The position numbers and the translations under genes were made by a program. A DNA stretch of 64,000 nucleotides from NCBI RefSeq assembly GCF_001677475.2, contig NZ_CP015229.1. One strand, 5' to 3'. Shown here one piece after another: positions 60,096 to 64,000 of this stretch (positions are counted from its first letter, which is position 1; the number at the start of each line of letters is the position of its first letter). This DNA is from Escherichia coli (GTDB lineage: Bacteria; Pseudomonadota; Gammaproteobacteria; Enterobacterales; Enterobacteriaceae). The notes under the pieces were generated by a model, which ran no database searches, was not told the DNA's origin, and saw only the letters and a list, made by a program, of their open reading frames with translations.

Positions 60096-62824
60096 TGTTG
60101 TGCCTCCTTGAGATCCTCAAGATGCGCGCCAGCCAGCACCGGAGCAATGCCGGACATACCCATCGGCAAGCCAACCTGCCCTGCCGTCAGCCCTTCGGCG
60201 ATTTCAACCGGCAGCGTGACCGTGTTGCCATCGTAGCTAAAGGAGACACGAGTGCCCGCGTTCACACCCAACTTCGCGGCATCCGCCGGGTTAAGTTTGA
60301 TGTACGGCTGTGGCATACGGCTCTGGAAAACCGGAGCACGCTGTGACAATTCATCGCTGCCAAACAGGTGGTAGTACGGCGCGATACGCCATTTCCCTGC
60401 CTGCGGCTGGAAGCGTGCCGGTACGCTGGTGAAGTAATCCAGACCATTTTCGCTGGTTTCAAACAGACGCACACCTGGATCGCCAAAGCGCAGTTTGCCG
60501 CCCACTTCGTCCTGGAATTTGTTCCACGCCTGCGGGGAGTTCCAGCCCGGTGCCCAGGCAAACGGCACTTGCGAACGGTGCGCGGTCGGCTGGTTGTTAC
60601 CTTCCATCGAGAAGGTGAACATGGTGTCAATATCCTGCGGCTGACGCGGCTCATGAACGCTGATATTGGCGCGCATGGCGGTACGACCGCTGTAACGGTG
60701 CGGTTCACGGGCCAATTTCTGCCCACGAATACGGAATGTCGCATCCGGCGCAGCATCTTTGATACCCGCCAGTTCGGGGATTTTCGCCACAACAGCGTCA
60801 ATCACATGGTCGAGCTGCGTCCAGTCCACTTCACGGCTCAGCAGGGTGCTGTGCAGCGAGTGCAGCCAGCGCCAGCTTTCCAGCATGACAGTTTTGCTGT
60901 CGTAATAAGCCGGATCGTAAACCTGGAAGAAACGTTGGGCGCGGCCTTCGTTGTTGATCACCGTACCGTCGCTTTCAGCAAAGCTGGCAGCAGAAAGTAC
61001 CAGATGGGCGTTTTCCATAATCGCTGTGCGTTGATGGTCAACCACCATCACCAGCGGCGCTTTAGCCAGCGCAGCATTCACGCGGGTAGCGGAAGCGTGA
61101 CGATGCAGATCGTTTTCCAGCACCACCACCGCGTCGGCGCGTCCGGTTTCCAGTTCGGTCAACGCTTCTTCAAGCGAACCGCCCCCCATAATGCCCAGCC
61201 CCATGCTGTTTACAGAGCGAGCAATCATGGTGATACCAACGTCAGCGCCGCGACCTTTCAGGGCTTTTGCGACGTTAGCCGCAGCCTGAATCACTTCAGC
61301 GCTACCGGCGTTTGTCCCGGAGATAATCAACGGTTTCTTCGCACCTGCCAGTGCCTGCACGATGACATCGATTTTGCTTTGCAGCTCAGGTTCGATACCG
61401 TCAACCGCTGGTGCGGAGTTGTCCAGCGCATGAGCGATGGCAAAACCTAAACGCGCCTGATCTTCAACCGGTGCGCGGTAAGTCCACGCCGCGATATCAT
61501 CCAGACGGGTGTCATCAACGTTGGTAACAAACAGCGGATGCTTCGCACGTTGGCCGATGTTGAGGATTGCCGCAATTTGCCAGTCAGCCACTTTCTGTGC
61601 TGCCGCCATTTCGCGCGCTTTACCTTTCACCGCCTGACGCACCGCCAGTGCGACACGAGCGCCAGTCTGAGTAACGTCTTCGCCCAGCACCAGTACCGCA
61701 TCGTAAGATTCGATTTCGCGCAGAGCCGGAGTATAAATGCCGCCTTCACGCAGCACTTTTAGTGCCAGTTGCAGACGTTCCTGCTCACCGTGAGCGATAC
61801 CGGTATAGAAGTTTTCTTCGCCCACCAGCTCACGCAGCGCAAAGTTGCTTTCCACGCTGGCACGCGGAGAACCAATACCGATCACTTTCTTCGACTGACG
61901 CAGAATATCTGCCGCGCCCTGCATTGCCTGTTCGGCGTTGAGGGTAATGAAATCATCGCCACGACGCTGTACTGGCTGACGCGGACGATCTTTCAGGTTG
62001 ACGTAGCCGTAACCGAAACGACCACGGTCGCAGAGGAAGTAGTGGTTTACTGTACCGTTGTAACGGTTTTCGATTCGACGCAGTTCGCCATAACGCTCGC
62101 CGGGGCTGATGTTACAGCCGATGGAACATTGCTGGCAGATGCTCGGCGCAAACTGCATATCCCATTTACGGTTGTAACGCTCGGAGTGCGTTTTGTCGGT
62201 GAATACGCCGGTCGGGCAAATTTCGACCAGGTTACCGGAAAATTCGCTTTCCAGCGTGCCGTCTTCCGGGCGACCGAAGTAGACGTTGTCGTGCGCACCG
62301 TAAACGCCCAGATCTGTACCGTCAGCGTAATCTTTGTAGTAACGCACGCAGCGGTAGCAGGCGATGCAGCGGTTCATTTCGTGAGAGATGAACGGCCCCA
62401 AATCCTGATTACGGTGGGTACGTTTGGTGAAACGGTAGCGACGGAAGCTGTGTCCGGTCATCACGGTCATATCCTGAAGATGACAGTTACCGCCTTCTTC
62501 ACATACCGGACAATCGTGCGGGTGGTTGGTCATTAACCACTCGACCACACTTTCACGGAACTGTTTCGCTTCTTCGTCGTCAATGGAAATAAAGGTGCCA
62601 TCGGAAGCCGGTGTCATACAGGACATCACCAGGCGACCACGCGTGTCTTCCGCGTTTTGGTATTGCTTCACCGCACACTGGCGGCAAGCACCGACGCTTC
62701 CCAGCGCCGGATGCCAGCAAAAGTAAGGAATATCAAGGCCCAGAGACAGACAAGCTTCCAGCAAGTTGTCCGCTCCGTTGACCTCGTATTCTTTGCCGTC
62801 TACATGAATTGTAGCCATTAGCAT
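60092..62824 (-). CDS. nuoG: NADH:quinone oxidoreductase subunit G
   Basis: 910 aa; N-terminal 2Fe-2S/4Fe-4S Cys clusters and molybdopterin-oxidoreductase-like domain. Confidence 0.95.
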
Positions 62825-62870
62825 GCTTCCAGTTTTCTCAGTCAGAGACTGAGCGTTAATCGAAATTCGG

Positions 62871-64000
62871 TTACCAGCGCTCTTTCAGCAGGTTCGGCTG
62901 AATCCCATTAATCAAATGGGTATTGCTGAACGGCTGTTTGATTCCCGCCTCAAATTCTTCGCGGAAATATTTGATGGCGCTCTGTAACGGCTCCACTGCA
63001 CCAGGTGCGTGGGCACAGAAAGTTTTACCCGGGCCTAAGAATCGACACAGTTGCTCAAGTGTTTCGATATCGCCCGGCTGACCTTCGCCACGCTCCAGCG
63101 CACGCAGAATTTTCACGCTCCACGGCAGACCGTCGCGGCACGGCGTACACCAGCCGCAGGACTCACGGGCGAAAAACTCTTCCAGGTTACGCACCAGCGA
63201 CACCATGTTGATCTCATGGTCAACCGCCATCGCCAGCGCCGTACCCAGACGGCTGCCCGCTTTACCGATGCTTTCGAATTCCATCGGCAGGTCAAGGTGC
63301 GCTTCGGTCAGGAAGTCGGTGCCCGCGCCGCCTGGCTGCCAGGCTTTGAATTTCAGACCGTCACGCATACCACCGGCGTAATCTTCGAGGATCTCGCGTG
63401 CGGTGGTGCCGAACGGCAGTTCCCACAGACCCGGATTTTTCACCCGACCGGAGAAGCCCATCAGCTTGGTGCCAGCATCTTTACTTTTCGAGATGTTCTT
63501 ATACCACTCCACGCCGTTAGCAAGGATTGCCGGAACGTTACACAGGGTTTCGACGTTGTTGACGCAGGTTGGTTTACCCCATGCGCCGGAGGTTGCCGGG
63601 AAGGGGGGCTTCGAGCGCGGGTTAGCGCGACGCCCTTCCAGGGAGTTGATTAACGCTGTTTCTTCCCCGCAGATGTAGCGCCCTGCCCCGGTATGGACGA
63701 ACAGTTCGAAGTCGAAACCTGTTCCCATAATGTTTTTGCCAAGTAGACCCGCTTCGGTGGCTTCGGCAATGGCACGGCGTAGATTCACTGCCGCTTCGAT
63801 ATATTCGCCGCGCAGGAAGATATAGCCACGGTAAGCTTTCAGCGCAAACGCGGAGATGAGCATGCCTTCCACCAGCAGGTGCGGCAGTTGCTCCATCAGC
63901 AGGCGGTCTTTATAGGTGCCCGGCTCCATTTCATCCGCGTTACACAGCAGGTAACGGATGTTCATGGATTCGTCTTTCGGCATCAGGCTCCACTTCAGAC
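62871..64000 (-). CDS. nuoF: NADH:quinone oxidoreductase subunit F, partial (N-terminus beyond window end)
   Basis: C-terminal ~375 codons of the NADH/FMN-binding 51-kDa subunit ([12 protein letters not shown] 4Fe-4S motif); frame stays open to the window edge. Confidence 0.9.
   Translation of the reverse strand, partial: LKWSLMPKDESMNIRYLLCNADEMEPGTYKDRLLMEQLPHLLVEGMLISAFALKAYRGYIFLRGEYIEAAVNLRRAIAEATEAGLLGKNIMGTGFDFELFVHTGAGRYICGEETALINSLEGRRANPRSKPPFPATSGAWGKPTCVNNVETLCNVPAILANGVEWYKNISKSKDAGTKLMGFSGRVKNPGLWELPFGTTAREILEDYAGGMRDGLKFKAWQPGGAGTDFLTEAHLDLPMEFESIGKAGSRLGTALAMAVDHEINMVSLVRNLEEFFARESCGWCTPCRDGLPWSVKILRALERGEGQPGDIETLEQLCRFLGPGKTFCAHAPGAVEPLQSAIKYFREEFEAGIKQPFSNTHLINGIQPNLLKERW

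Overview
This window reads as an Escherichia coli-type chromosomal segment, syntenic with the K-12 region atoB - gyrA - ubiG - yfaL - nrdAB-yfaE - inaA - glpTQ/glpABC - yfaYZ - nudI - ais - arnBCADTEF - pmrD - menFDHBCE - elaBA - rbn - elaD - yfbLM - nuoN..nuoF. Gene identities come from recognising the translated ORFs; starts were refined by hand where the ORF track over-extends. I found no rRNA, tRNA, CRISPR array, IS element, integrase or prophage signature. I did not find a multi-gene system of obviously new type. The four places where the layout departs from K-12 as I remember it (not verifiable here) are: (1) atoB and gyrA are only about 760 bp apart, with just a YfaP-like ORF between them, so yfaQ-yfaS-yfaT-yfaA appear absent; (2) a strongly AT-rich orphan gene (15646-16716) sits between inaA and glpQ, flanked by a LysR-type fragment and a decayed inaA-paralog 3' tail; (3) a 4-gene chaperone-usher fimbrial operon (24086-29037) lies between glpC and yfaY, where I recall K-12 having yfaD and the rhm genes; (4) yfbK and yfbN-yfbP are absent. 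The best candidate for something undescribed is the orphan protein at 15646-16716, whose function I cannot assign from sequence.
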